A DNA stretch of 56,139 nt from an uncultured bacterium (GTDB lineage Bacteria > Patescibacteriota > Minisyncoccia > Phycocordibacterales > CAIRYW01). The notes below the pieces were generated by a model. The model worked only from the letters and a program-made list of their open reading frames with translations, ran no database searches and was not told the origin of the DNA. The position numbers and the translations under genes were made by a program. Every line of letters starts with the position of its first letter. Positions within the stretch are counted from its first letter, which is position 1. Shown in pieces: positions 18,018 through 28,066 of the stretch. Location of the stretch: the NCBI GenBank assembly GCA_903882905.1, contig CAIRYW010000017.1:1-56139 (forward strand). Reading direction: 5' to 3'.

Positions 18018-21000
18018 TTAGCTAATAATTTTATCAATTTCCCTCATTATTTTATCTGTTTCAGTAAGTGAAACTATTATTTGTTCGTACGTTTCAATCT
18101 CCATATTCGTTAGTTCTCTTCCTTTTCTGTCTTTCAAATATTTCTGAGCTGGCTGATATCCACCAATGTAAAAATTCCAAGCTATTTCAGGAACACCGCC
18201 AAAATATTGATCACTGTTAATATATACATTTTTATTACTGTAGGTTATTTTTTCTACTAAATTACTTCCCACAACTGAATAGGTCGTAATTGGTTTTTTT
18301 ACAATTGAATCTGTAAGTAAATGCAAATTACGAAGTTTTGTACCTAATGGTACAAGTTTCCAAAACGTTTCTTTTATTTCTGGAAATGGAACCCGAGGGA
18401 AATCAGTTTTGAGAAATTCTTTGTATTTTTCACGATAACTAGGAGAATACAAATATGCGTAAATGTAATCTAAAATATTCTCAGGTGTTGTCTCTCCAAC
18501 TATTTTATTTATCTCGTTCCAAATTTCTTTTTTAAGGTTTGAAATTTTTTCACCCTGTTGTGTATAAAAATAAAGTGGAAATGATGACCCAATTTCTGAA
18601 GTCTTATTTGAGACATAACTTGATTCAACCGTATTTCTATGAACTAAAACATGTCGAAATCCTTCAATTTTTTGTTGTCTACAAAGCATAATTCCAATAT
18701 TTTCTTTATTTAGGAAACATTGCATAACGTCCCAACGACCTCTTTCAATAAATTTTTTATCGTAGTAAACATATCGTATGTCAAAAGGACGGTAGTCTAT
18801 TTTAAAGACTTTGCTTTCTTCGTATTCAAAATTATGACTATTTGCATATGAAATAATGTTTGTTTTCAGATTTTCCTTATTTTCAGAAATTGCAACAGCA
18901 TCTCTACCTGTTACTATTCCCACACTTGAAATTTGGAATAAATCACTAACTGAAAAACCTTCATTGTACATATTCTTATTTACTCCCTCAGTCTTCCAAA
19001 TATCACAATCTTCAGGTAATTTTTTCCATTCCATATCATCCATATTTGAAGTGTCTAGAATTTGAAACTTATTTAAACGAGTTCCGTAAATATCACAAGA
19101 GTAAACTTCAGCAAGTTTCTTGTTGTTATTTTTTTGTGATTTTTTAACACCCAAAATTATTGAGACGCCAGACATAATATCAAAGACATTTTCGTCTTTT
19201 GTACCGTCTGGACTTATCTCTTTCTTTCTACTATTACCATGAAGATCGAGTACATATTTTGTCAAACGTATTTCGTAAATGCCATCTCATTCCTCTAAAA
19301 GTAGGGTTATCAATATATCCATGAGCTGTAATCATTCCTACAATTCCCTCTCCATTTTTTTCAATCAAACTTTCAGCAAAACGAATAAATTTAACGTAGT
19401 CATCATTAATCCATTTACTATTTCTCTCTTTTAATTTTTCTTTTCCTCCAATTTCCACCTTATACACATCATTATCTGTGTAATGAGGATTCATCGATTC
19501 ACCAGAATAAGGAGGATTACCTATCACCACCATAATCGGAAATTCTTTTTTTACTCTTGAGGCTTGTCTACTTTCTTCTGTAATACTATCTTGAAATCCA
19601 AAAAAACTATTTTGCTTTGAATAATCTGAAGCTTTATCTAAAGTGTTTGTTAAATATACACCCAGTCGCTCCTTAAGATTTTCAATGCCAGTATTTTCTA
19701 AAGTCATAGCAAGTTTTAGATGGGCTATTGTATATGAAGCCATCATAAGCTCAAAGCCGTGCAAACGTGGGACTAGGTCATTTTCAACATAAGATTTCCA
19801 AACACCTTCTCTACTCCCAAAAGATTTATAAATATGCTGTATCACCTCATTAAGAAATGTTCCAGTACCAGTTGCAACATCTAGTATTTGAACTTTGTGA
19901 TATTCTTTTTGGATTTTTTCTTCTTTTCCTTTACTATTTGTTTCTATTTTTTCCTGAGTAATTTTTTGATTATCCGCAAGCCCATTTTCAATACCAAAAT
20001 CATTCTTAAGAATAGAATCTACTGACCTCACAATAAACCGAACAACTGAAAGCGGAGTATAGAAAACACCCAATTCCATTTTCTTAACGGGATTATATTC
20101 AAGAAGGAAATCTTCATAGAAATGAATTACTGGATCAGGACCTTCGTGTGTTTTTCCAAACAAATCTTCAGTTTTAAAATATTCCTGCATTAAATCCTTA
20201 ACGTTAGCATGCGAAAAAACATCACAAAGCTCAGTAACTATTGTCTCTAGTCTTTTAGGGAAATTCACTCCAGCTATGTGATCAAAAAAATTTTGAAGAA
20301 AAGGGTTAGATGCCGGCACAAGTTCTCTTGCTTCCTGTCTTGTAAAATTTTTCGGTGTCTTATCGTTATATCTTGCAGCGAAAAGTCCATACACAAGTGT
20401 CTGAGCATACATATCAGCAAATTTTTCTATATCTATGTCTGCAATTAAATTTTCTTTTATGACCTGCATTATCTTTTTTAACTCTCCGTTTTCTGCCTTT
20501 TCTGAATTCAAAAAAGAAACAACATTATCCCGAATACGTTGAGCTCTTCCTCCCATTATTTTTGCAAGATGTTTCCCTGATTTAATTGGTTCCCGGCTTG
20601 AATGTGTAAAATCCAAAATTGTGCGGACTAACCTTTCCTTATTCTCAAGATTAAGATCAATACTTCTGTTTTTTAAATTTGGAGTACCAAGTGAAATAGA
20701 TTCATCGTATTTCTGTCCATTTCTATAAAATCTAAAAGAAAGGTAATCACTTATTATTAAATTAGTATAACCAAAATATCTAGTTGCTTGGGAGGATTTT
20801 TCTATTTTATCTAAATCCTCACCAACAGTTTTTACTTCAATATACAAAAGAGGTATCTCATTTTTAAGAATTATGAAATCTGGTTTGTTTCCACTAATGG
20901 CTTTTGGGTCATGTTGAATATGATATTTTTCTGATTTAGGGAAAAGAGTTTCCAAAAATTTCTGAAAACCTGTACGATATGACATTTCAGAACTAGTCTC

Positions 21001-21057
21001 ATCCTTAAAATAAGTAACTACGCTTTCTAGGTATTCAACTACATTTGAATTATCCAT
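18018..21057 (-). pseudogene. Type IIG/ISP-like restriction-modification enzyme (nuclease + N6-adenine methyltransferase + specificity domain) split by a frameshift near 19255
   Basis: KPDF...YIEVK nuclease motif, GVFYTP, LDVATGTGTFL, VIGNPPY, C-terminal YRPFD and IGGYQPAQKYLKDRK; FDKI continues as YVLDLHGN in another frame. Confidence 0.8.
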
Positions 21058-21077
21058 ATATTTATAGTCTTATTATT

Positions 21078-21842
21078 CTAACATATTGTATATTCACCTA
21101 CTTTTGTACGTTTTATCGAAAAAGCAAGAGATGGAACTCCGAGAATTTTTCCGAGCTCTTGCGCTAAGACGCGCATATAAGCTCCGCCAGTAGATAAAAC
21201 TTTTATAGAAATTACTTGATAATTTTCTTCAGCCTTTATTTTTTCATTCCATAAATCCAAAATTTCTTTTTGTCTAAAATCCCCAGTTACTTTTGCGATT
21301 CTATCTTGAATATTTTTTTGTAATTCTTCTCTACTAATTTCTCTTTGACTGAGAAATTCAATTTCGGTAATTTTTGCATTTGATTCGATTTCTTTTTCCT
21401 CTCCTTCCCTCGCCCACTGCCAAAGTGGTTTTCCTTCAAAAGTTTTTGAGGAGTAGGCGGGGTATTTTTGGGGGAGGGTTTTTAGTTGTTTAATTGCCGA
21501 TAAAAAACTCTCAGGAGCAAGGCCTCTCAAGAGGACGCCTTGCTCCTGAGAGTTTTTTGAGACAATTTTCACTTTTCCTAAGACATCTCCTGTATCTGTT
21601 TCAAAACCAAAAAGGACTTCGACTTCATATTCCTTCGAAAGGTACAAATAATCAGTTTTTAGCTTGCATTCCTCTCCTGCAAGGACCAAAAGTAGCCCTT
21701 CTGCCATCGGATCAAGTCTTCCTGCGTAGGTCAAAGGTAGGCCTTCATAGGCTGGATTTTCGGCTTTAAATCGGTTTAGGCATTCCAGTGGTGTTTCGCC
21801 AATTTCCTTGTAAAGTAATATTTTAGATTGTATTTGATTCAT
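21078..21842 (-). CDS. truB: tRNA pseudouridine synthase, TruB-like
   Basis: YAGRLDPMAEGLL, KEY, PAYSS, GAYMRVLAQELG, RTKVG. Confidence 0.75.
   Translation of the reverse strand: MNQIQSKILLYKEIGETPLECLNRFKAENPAYEGLPLTYAGRLDPMAEGLLLVLAGEECKLKTDYLYLSKEYEVEVLFGFETDTGDVLGKVKIVSKNSQEQGVLLRGLAPESFLSAIKQLKTLPQKYPAYSSKTFEGKPLWQWAREGEEKEIESNAKITEIEFLSQREISREELQKNIQDRIAKVTGDFRQKEILDLWNEKIKAEENYQVISIKVLSTGGAYMRVLAQELGKILGVPSLAFSIKRTKVGEYTIC
21502..21558. repeat. 57-bp palindromic element in frame inside the truB-like gene
   Basis: Perfect 22-bp arms aaaaaactctcaggagcaaggc / gccttgctcctgagagtttttt around a 13-nt loop. Confidence 0.85.
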
Positions 21843-21852
21843 ATATTGTTAA

Positions 21853-21916
21853 ACCCGCACACCAAAATACTTAAGAGTAAAGTGGGTACGTGTTGTTTAT
21901 TGTTTGGTGTACGGGT
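21853..21916. repeat. Intergenic inverted-repeat element
   Basis: acccgcacaccaaa ... tttggtgtacgggt between divergent truB and hisS. Confidence 0.6.
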
Positions 21917-21929
21917 AAAATGTATCAAT

Positions 21930-23168
21930 ATGACAGAAATAAACAAGAACAAACTTAGCACTGATTCTTATAAAGGTGTTCGCGACTTCTATCCAGAAGA
22001 TATGGCAATTGAGAATTATATTTTTAATATCTGGAAGAAAACAGCTGAAAGCTTTGGCTATGTTGAATACGGAGCATCTATTCTTGAACCCACAGAATTA
22101 TACAAAGCAAAATCAGGTGATGAAATTGTAAATGATCAGACATATTCTTTTAAAGACAGAGGTGACAGAGATGTAACCCTTCGACCAGAAATGACACCAA
22201 CTGTTGCAAGAATGGTTGCTGGCAAAAGACGAGAATTAAAATTCCCCCTTCGTTGGTATTCAATTCCAAATCTTTTTAGATACGAAAGACCTCAAAGAGG
22301 AAGACTTAGAGAACACTTTCAACTTAACTGCGATATTTTTGGACTAGAAGGAATAGAGGCTGAAGTCGAGATGATAACGCTTGCTTACCAAATAATGAAA
22401 AATTTCGGATTGAAAGATGAACAGTTTGAAATAAAAATAAATAGCAGAGGGCTTTTGATAGAAACTCTAGCTAAACAAGGTATTCCTCTTGAAAAAATTA
22501 CTGACGTAATCAGACTGATTGATAAGAAAAATAAGTTAAAAGATTTTGATGAGCAATACAAGGCACTTACCGGAAAAGAATTTGAACTAAATCTTCTTGC
22601 AAACCTAAAAATTAATTCATTGATCACAAAGTTAAGTAAAAAAAATATTCAAATAAACTTTGATTCATCTCTTGCTCGAGGTTTTGATTATTACACAGAC
22701 ATTGTTTTTGAAATTTACGACAAAAATCCTGCAAACCCTCGCGCTTTGTTTGGTGGTGGAAGATATGACAATCTTCTCGATATTTTTGGGGAGGAAAAAG
22801 TTCCAGCAGTCGGATTTGGCATGGGAGATGTCACTATTCGCGATGTCTTGGAAACCTACAATCTTTTACCTGAATATAAATCAACTACACAAGTGGCAAT
22901 TCTTCCCTTTTCTGCAGACTTTTATGATGAGGCAGAAAAAGTTGCAAATGAATTTAGAGGAAATAATATAAACGCCGTTGTAGATTATAGTGATAAAAAA
23001 ATTGGAGACAGAATTGCTAAAATTGATAAAGAAAAAATTGCATATATTTTGATAGTTGGAGAAGAAGAAGTGAAAACAAAAACATACAAACTAAAACAGC
23101 TTTCAACCAAAAAAGAAACTGAAATCTCTTTAAATGATATTAAAAAGATTATTTGGAAGAATATTTAA
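21930..23168 (+). CDS. hisS: Histidine--tRNA ligase
   Basis: KGVRDFYP, LRPEMT, FRYERPQRGRLREHFQ, RGFDYYT, GGGRYD; start MTEINK at 21930. Confidence 0.96.
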   Translation: MTEINKNKLSTDSYKGVRDFYPEDMAIENYIFNIWKKTAESFGYVEYGASILEPTELYKAKSGDEIVNDQTYSFKDRGDRDVTLRPEMTPTVARMVAGKRRELKFPLRWYSIPNLFRYERPQRGRLREHFQLNCDIFGLEGIEAEVEMITLAYQIMKNFGLKDEQFEIKINSRGLLIETLAKQGIPLEKITDVIRLIDKKNKLKDFDEQYKALTGKEFELNLLANLKINSLITKLSKKNIQINFDSSLARGFDYYTDIVFEIYDKNPANPRALFGGGRYDNLLDIFGEEKVPAVGFGMGDVTIRDVLETYNLLPEYKSTTQVAILPFSADFYDEAEKVANEFRGNNINAVVDYSDKKIGDRIAKIDKEKIAYILIVGEEEVKTKTYKLKQLSTKKETEISLNDIKKIIWKNI

Positions 23169-23172
23169 TTTT

Positions 23173-23598
23173 ATGAGTGATGAGGAAAGAGATTTTACTA
23201 GAGAAACAAATATAGAGGCAAAGCAAATCATACTCGGAAACATTAAGATACTGGCTGACGAGGTAAGAGCTAATGCTGGTTGGGACCAGAATCAAATTAG
23301 TGATTTTTTAAGAAGATATGATCTTTTATTAATAGACATTCATGAATATATTGGCAAAACAAAAGCTCACCAAGAAAACGATCGTCTGGTATATTTTGAT
23401 TTTGATACAAAAGACCTACTAATTATTAATAACTTTATAAAGAAAGTGATAATTCCTATTCAAGAAAGGAAAATGCAAAACCCAAGACTTCTTACTAATG
23501 AAAAAAGAGAGTCAATTGAAAATTTATTAAATTACTTAAATGGTATGGTTATGCAAGGTGATATTATCGTTAAAGGTTCATCCAAACAAAATGCGTAA
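23173..23598 (+). CDS. Hypothetical protein
   Basis: Open frame filling the gap between hisS and the exonuclease gene; no motif recognised. Confidence 0.6.
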   Translation: MSDEERDFTRETNIEAKQIILGNIKILADEVRANAGWDQNQISDFLRRYDLLLIDIHEYIGKTKAHQENDRLVYFDFDTKDLLIINNFIKKVIIPIQERKMQNPRLLTNEKRESIENLLNYLNGMVMQGDIIVKGSSKQNA

Positions 23599-24166
23599 AA
23601 TTGTATTCGATATAGAAACAAGAAATATTTTTGAGGATGTGGGAAAGGCCGACCCTGCCCTTTTGGATATTTCCATTGTTTGTATTTATGATTATTCAAC
23701 AGACGAATATTCAAGTTACCTAGTGGAAGAACTTCCTAAACTTTGGAAAATTTTGGAAGACACAGAAATCCTAATTGGATTCAATAGTAATCATTTTGAT
23801 ATTCCACTTTTAAATAAGTATTACCACGGAGATTTAAATAACATACAGAGCCTAGATATCCTAGAAGAAGTCAGAAAATCTATTGGTAGAAGAGTTGGAC
23901 TTGGAAATATTGCAGAAGCGACGCTCGGTCACGGAAAAAGCGGCCACGGTCTTCAAGCTGTCGAGTGGTGGAAAAAAGGAAATATAGAAAGTATAAGAAA
24001 ATACTGTATTGAGGACGTAAAAGTAACAAAGGAGGTCTATGAATATGCCTTAAAAAATGGCAAAATTAAGTATAAAGATGGCGAAATTATTAAAGATGCT
24101 ATAATTGATACCAAAGATTGGGACAACAAAAAAGAGGCTGTTTTAAATAGATCTCTCTTTTTTTAA
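23591..24166 (+). CDS. RNase H-like DEDD exonuclease (YprB/MrfB-like)
   Basis: VFDIET, IGFNSNHFDIP, YCIEDV; start MRKIVF at 23591. Confidence 0.82.
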   Translation: MRKIVFDIETRNIFEDVGKADPALLDISIVCIYDYSTDEYSSYLVEELPKLWKILEDTEILIGFNSNHFDIPLLNKYYHGDLNNIQSLDILEEVRKSIGRRVGLGNIAEATLGHGKSGHGLQAVEWWKKGNIESIRKYCIEDVKVTKEVYEYALKNGKIKYKDGEIIKDAIIDTKDWDNKKEAVLNRSLFF

Positions 24167-24195
24167 TATTATTAGATTATTAAGATTAAAAATTA

Positions 24196-24232
24196 ACCCA
24201 CCAAAAATTTTTAAAGAAAAATTTAGGCGGGT
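24196..24232. repeat. Intergenic hairpin element
   Basis: acccaccaaaaattttt-aaag-aaaaatttaggcgggt just before the DsbA gene. Confidence 0.55.
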
Positions 24233-24240
24233 AAAAAAAT

Positions 24241-25011
24241 ATGGAAAACGAAACATCACACGAGCATTCAAATCATGAACACCATGAACATAATCACCCA
24301 CACCAAGAACAAAAACAAAATCCTTGGGCAATCCCTTTGGCAATTGTTTTAGCTGGTGGAATTGTAGCTCTTGCAGTTTTTTATTCTGGAAAAACAACTA
24401 CAAAAAATAATCCAACTCAAGCTGATGGAGCAACCGCAACACAAAATGTTGATGTTAGGCCTGTTGATTCTACTGACCATGTTTTTGGTGATGTAAATGC
24501 TCCAATTAAGATTGTTGAGTACAGTGATTTACAGTGTCCTTATTGCCAGGAATTTGATGCGACAATGAGACAAATCATGACTGACTACAAAGGAAAAGTT
24601 GCTTGGATTTACAGAAGCTTCTGGGCAGTAAGAAAACTTCCAGATGGATCAGTCTTTCACCCACTTGGCGGCAAGGCCGCTGAGTCAGCAGAATGTGTTG
24701 CTGAACTTGGAGGAAATGATAAATTCTGGGATTACATTGGAAAAGTATTCGCTGATCAAGCAAATGGAAGTTTGGACAATCTAGATAAATACGCAACAGC
24801 AGAAGGGATTGATCAGGCAGCATTTGATAAATGTCTATCAAGCGGAAAATACACTGCAAAAGTTGCAAGTCTCTATCAAGAAGGACTTAAATCTCAGGTC
24901 AATGGAACACCGAACGCATTTATAATGAGTAAAAATGGAATTGTAGTTATTCCAGGAGCTGTGCCCTACGCACAAGTAAAGGCTGCTTTGGATAGTATTC
25001 TGAAGAATTAA
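24241..25011 (+). CDS. DsbA-family thiol-disulfide oxidoreductase, membrane anchored
   Basis: EYSDLQCPYC, VNGTP cis-Pro loop, TM segment after a His-rich N-terminus. Confidence 0.9.
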   Translation: MENETSHEHSNHEHHEHNHPHQEQKQNPWAIPLAIVLAGGIVALAVFYSGKTTTKNNPTQADGATATQNVDVRPVDSTDHVFGDVNAPIKIVEYSDLQCPYCQEFDATMRQIMTDYKGKVAWIYRSFWAVRKLPDGSVFHPLGGKAAESAECVAELGGNDKFWDYIGKVFADQANGSLDNLDKYATAEGIDQAAFDKCLSSGKYTAKVASLYQEGLKSQVNGTPNAFIMSKNGIVVIPGAVPYAQVKAALDSILKN

Positions 25012-25021
25012 AAACTATAGA

Positions 25022-25056
25022 AAAAAAGGCGCAAAGCTTCGCTTTGCGCCTTTTTT
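25022..25056. terminator. Bidirectional intrinsic terminator
   Basis: aaaaaaggcgcaaagc-ttc-gctttgcgcctttttt. Confidence 0.85.
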
Positions 25057-25065
25057 GTTTGATAA

Positions 25066-27984
25066 CTATTTCCAAATATCCCTTAGTTTACAATATTCGC
25101 AAGTTGTATCATCACATTTATTTTCCAAAATTTTTCCAGACCAAACAGAATCAACAAGAGATTGAATATCCTCCATAACTTTTTCAATATCAGAATCTGT
25201 AATCTCGAACGTTGAAATAGCACAATTTCCCTTTTCATCAGGAGTTAAAAAGACCAAAGAAGGAATAATTTTTTTGCCTTTGTACTTGGAATTGTCTTGA
25301 AGTAGTAACTTATAAAAAACTAACTGTCTAAAGTAATCTACGGTAGAATTTTTTGTATTACCTTTAATTTCATTTTCACTCATCCTACCTTTTGTTTTGT
25401 AATCAAAGACAAGAACTTCCTTATCTTTAACAATTACAGCATCAAGCCGACCTTTTAATGGAATTAAAACTTCTTTATTTCCAAATTTTCCACTAAAAAA
25501 ATTTTCTGTCTTAACTTCAGAAGAGACTTCCCCTTCAGTATTTAAGTGAGAAAATAAACTATGAGCTACATCACCAGCTCTTTTGCTTAATTCCTCAATA
25601 ATTGAATCTTTCTCAAACTTAGGTAACAGTGAACTATTTATATATTCACCGACTGTATCCTTGATAATTTTCTCTATTGTTTTTTCATCTTTCTCTGGTG
25701 ATTTCCAAATTTGATCCAAAGCCTTGTGCATAGCATTTCCCTTTTCTGATGAAGCATTTGGACCTTCGGGAACTTTCAAAATACTTTGCCAAACAAATTT
25801 GCTTGGGCAGTTTAAAAAGTGATTTAGAGCTGTGACAGAGAGACCTTCTTCTATTAAAACTTTTTTGGTGTAATCAATAATTTTTTCGTTGTCTTGCTTT
25901 TGAATATTTTTATTTGCCAAAGAATTGTTAACTGCCTGCGGGATGGATTGTTTCTTAATAGAATCTTGATTCAGCTCATCCAAAAATCTAAGTGGGGTAA
26001 ATAACTTTTCATCTTTGTTTTTTTCTGTTACAAACAAGGTAATGTGTTTTCTTGCTCGAGTTAAAGCTACATAAAATAGCCTTCGAGTATCTTTTAAATC
26101 TTCTCCTTCCTCTTTAGAATTTCCAGGAAGAACAAAAAATTCTCCATGCTTTCTAGAAATCCAAGATTCTTCTGTGGCAAAAGGAATAAATACATAATCA
26201 AATTCCTGTCCTTTACTTCCGTGAGCCGTCATTGCAAGCACTTGGGTCTCTGGAGCACCAATAGAAACCTTAATACTTTTTTCCTCAGCTGAAACTTTAT
26301 AAGCTAACAAATTTTTAATTAATTCACTTGGACTAGTAATTTCTCCTTGTTTTATAATTTGCTCAGAGAGTGAAATGATTCCTCTCCACACTTCCACAAA
26401 ACTTGGATCGCGGGCAATAATTTCTTCAAAGCCAGATAACTTTGCAATTTCAGTCAAAAAATGGATTGGACTATCGTTTACAATATTTTTCTTAATTGTT
26501 TTTAAAACAGGAATTATTTTCTCTACTTTTTCAAAATTTCCAGATTTTAGGGCTTTAATTGCTTCAATTTCTAATTCAAAATCTAAGTGCCAAAGTCCTG
26601 AGGCAATAGTTTTACTTAATAAATCAGTCTCTGAAAAATCATTTAAAAATCCAATCAATGAAAAAAAAATTAGACCTACAGGATGGGAAAAAATATTAAT
26701 TACTCTTTCGGAAGAAACCTTTATTCCTCGTTCCGTTAGAGCTCGTATTACATCTTCCAGCTCCTTATTTTTTCTTGTAATTATGGCAATTGTGGTTTCT
26801 GGTTCCTTTTTAATTATTTTATTTATTTCTTCACTTAAATATTCCTCAGCAGAAAAAACGTCTGGAGCAGAAATAATATCTATTGGCTTTGGCTCAGGCC
26901 TATGTCCAGTAAGCTTTACTCTGAGTTCTTGATGTTCACCTTCTGCATAGTTTTTTTCAATCATATTAAAACTTGCATCCAAAATATGTTGATGGGATCT
27001 AAAATTATCCTCCAATGCAATTAATTTCATATCATTCCATTTTTTTCCAAATCTTAAAAAATTTTCGAGAGATGCACCTTGAAAACGATAAATCGCTTGC
27101 TTTTCATCTCCCACAATAAAAACGTTTGGGTTATCGAAAAAATTAGCAATTAAAGTAATAATTTCATTTTGAGAATCATTAGTATCTTGATGCTCATCGA
27201 CGAGAATATACAAAAACTTTTCTTGAATTAACTGTAAAAATAATTCATCATTTTTTAAAGCTTTGAGTAGTTCAAAAATTAGATCGTCGTAATCAACTCT
27301 GTTTGCTTCTCTTTTTTGTTTTTCGTATTCTTTGTAAACCTTGGCAAATAAAATAGTTTTTTCACATTTTTCAATTAGTTTTTTTGCTTCAGCCTTTAGT
27401 CCACCCTTATTTTCTCCTCGTGTAGAAATTAAGTCTTTATCATTCTGAATTTCTTCAATTTTTTCTTTTGCAAAAACTAAAACTTGTTCAGGATTTTTAT
27501 CTCCTTTTTTTGATTCACTAATATTGTGAATTATTGAGTTTACATAAAAATCAGGTTTGCCTAAAGGTCTTATGAGTGCAAATTCTTTTTTCTCAAGAAT
27601 TTTTTTAATTAAAACTTCATTTTCAATTTCAGTTAATTGAACAGATTTATCTAAGTGCACAAAATGATCTCTATATTCAGAAATAAGCGAAGAAGCAAAA
27701 CTATGAAAAGTATGAACCCTAACTTCATCTGCTCTGCTTCCAATAATTTCTCTTAATTTCTTTTTGATCGCCTTAACTCCAGCATCGGTATAAGTAATTG
27801 CAAGAATCCCTGACGGAGGCGTATCTGTGAGGCGTAGAATGTTTGCAATGCGCAAAGTAAGAATAGTCGTCTTACCTGTTCCAGGCCCCGCAATAACCAT
27901 TACAGGCCCTTCTATAGTGTCCACAGCCTCCTTTTGGACCGCGGTTAGATTTTTGTATTTAGCTTGAAATTTCTCGTCTTTCAT
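25066..27984 (-). CDS. UvrD/PcrA-like SF1 helicase with C-terminal PD-(D/E)xK nuclease
   Basis: AGPGTGKT, LVDEHQD, VGDEKQAIYRFQGA, RRLFYVALTRA, GRLD...DYKT, terminal Cys cluster. Confidence 0.9.
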   Translation of the reverse strand: MKDEKFQAKYKNLTAVQKEAVDTIEGPVMVIAGPGTGKTTILTLRIANILRLTDTPPSGILAITYTDAGVKAIKKKLREIIGSRADEVRVHTFHSFASSLISEYRDHFVHLDKSVQLTEIENEVLIKKILEKKEFALIRPLGKPDFYVNSIIHNISESKKGDKNPEQVLVFAKEKIEEIQNDKDLISTRGENKGGLKAEAKKLIEKCEKTILFAKVYKEYEKQKREANRVDYDDLIFELLKALKNDELFLQLIQEKFLYILVDEHQDTNDSQNEIITLIANFFDNPNVFIVGDEKQAIYRFQGASLENFLRFGKKWNDMKLIALEDNFRSHQHILDASFNMIEKNYAEGEHQELRVKLTGHRPEPKPIDIISAPDVFSAEEYLSEEINKIIKKEPETTIAIITRKNKELEDVIRALTERGIKVSSERVINIFSHPVGLIFFSLIGFLNDFSETDLLSKTIASGLWHLDFELEIEAIKALKSGNFEKVEKIIPVLKTIKKNIVNDSPIHFLTEIAKLSGFEEIIARDPSFVEVWRGIISLSEQIIKQGEITSPSELIKNLLAYKVSAEEKSIKVSIGAPETQVLAMTAHGSKGQEFDYVFIPFATEESWISRKHGEFFVLPGNSKEEGEDLKDTRRLFYVALTRARKHITLFVTEKNKDEKLFTPLRFLDELNQDSIKKQSIPQAVNNSLANKNIQKQDNEKIIDYTKKVLIEEGLSVTALNHFLNCPSKFVWQSILKVPEGPNASSEKGNAMHKALDQIWKSPEKDEKTIEKIIKDTVGEYINSSLLPKFEKDSIIEELSKRAGDVAHSLFSHLNTEGEVSSEVKTENFFSGKFGNKEVLIPLKGRLDAVIVKDKEVLVFDYKTKGRMSENEIKGNTKNSTVDYFRQLVFYKLLLQDNSKYKGKKIIPSLVFLTPDEKGNCAISTFEITDSDIEKVMEDIQSLVDSVWSGKILENKCDDTTCEYCKLRDIWK

Positions 27985-28028
27985 TGGTTATATTGTCTCA
28001 TTTTACAGTCACTTTTTATATACCTATT

Positions 28029-28060
28029 ACAAAAATACCGCCAACAGGCGGTATTTTTGT
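28029..28060 (-). terminator. Intrinsic terminator after rpoD
   Basis: acaaaaataccgcc-aaca-ggcggtatttttgt. Confidence 0.8.
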
Positions 28061-28066
28061 TTTTAT

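Noticed and set aside
16539-21057. Defence island as an integrated mobile element or prophage
   Set aside because: No integrase, transposase, phage gene, tRNA target or flanking direct repeat was seen.
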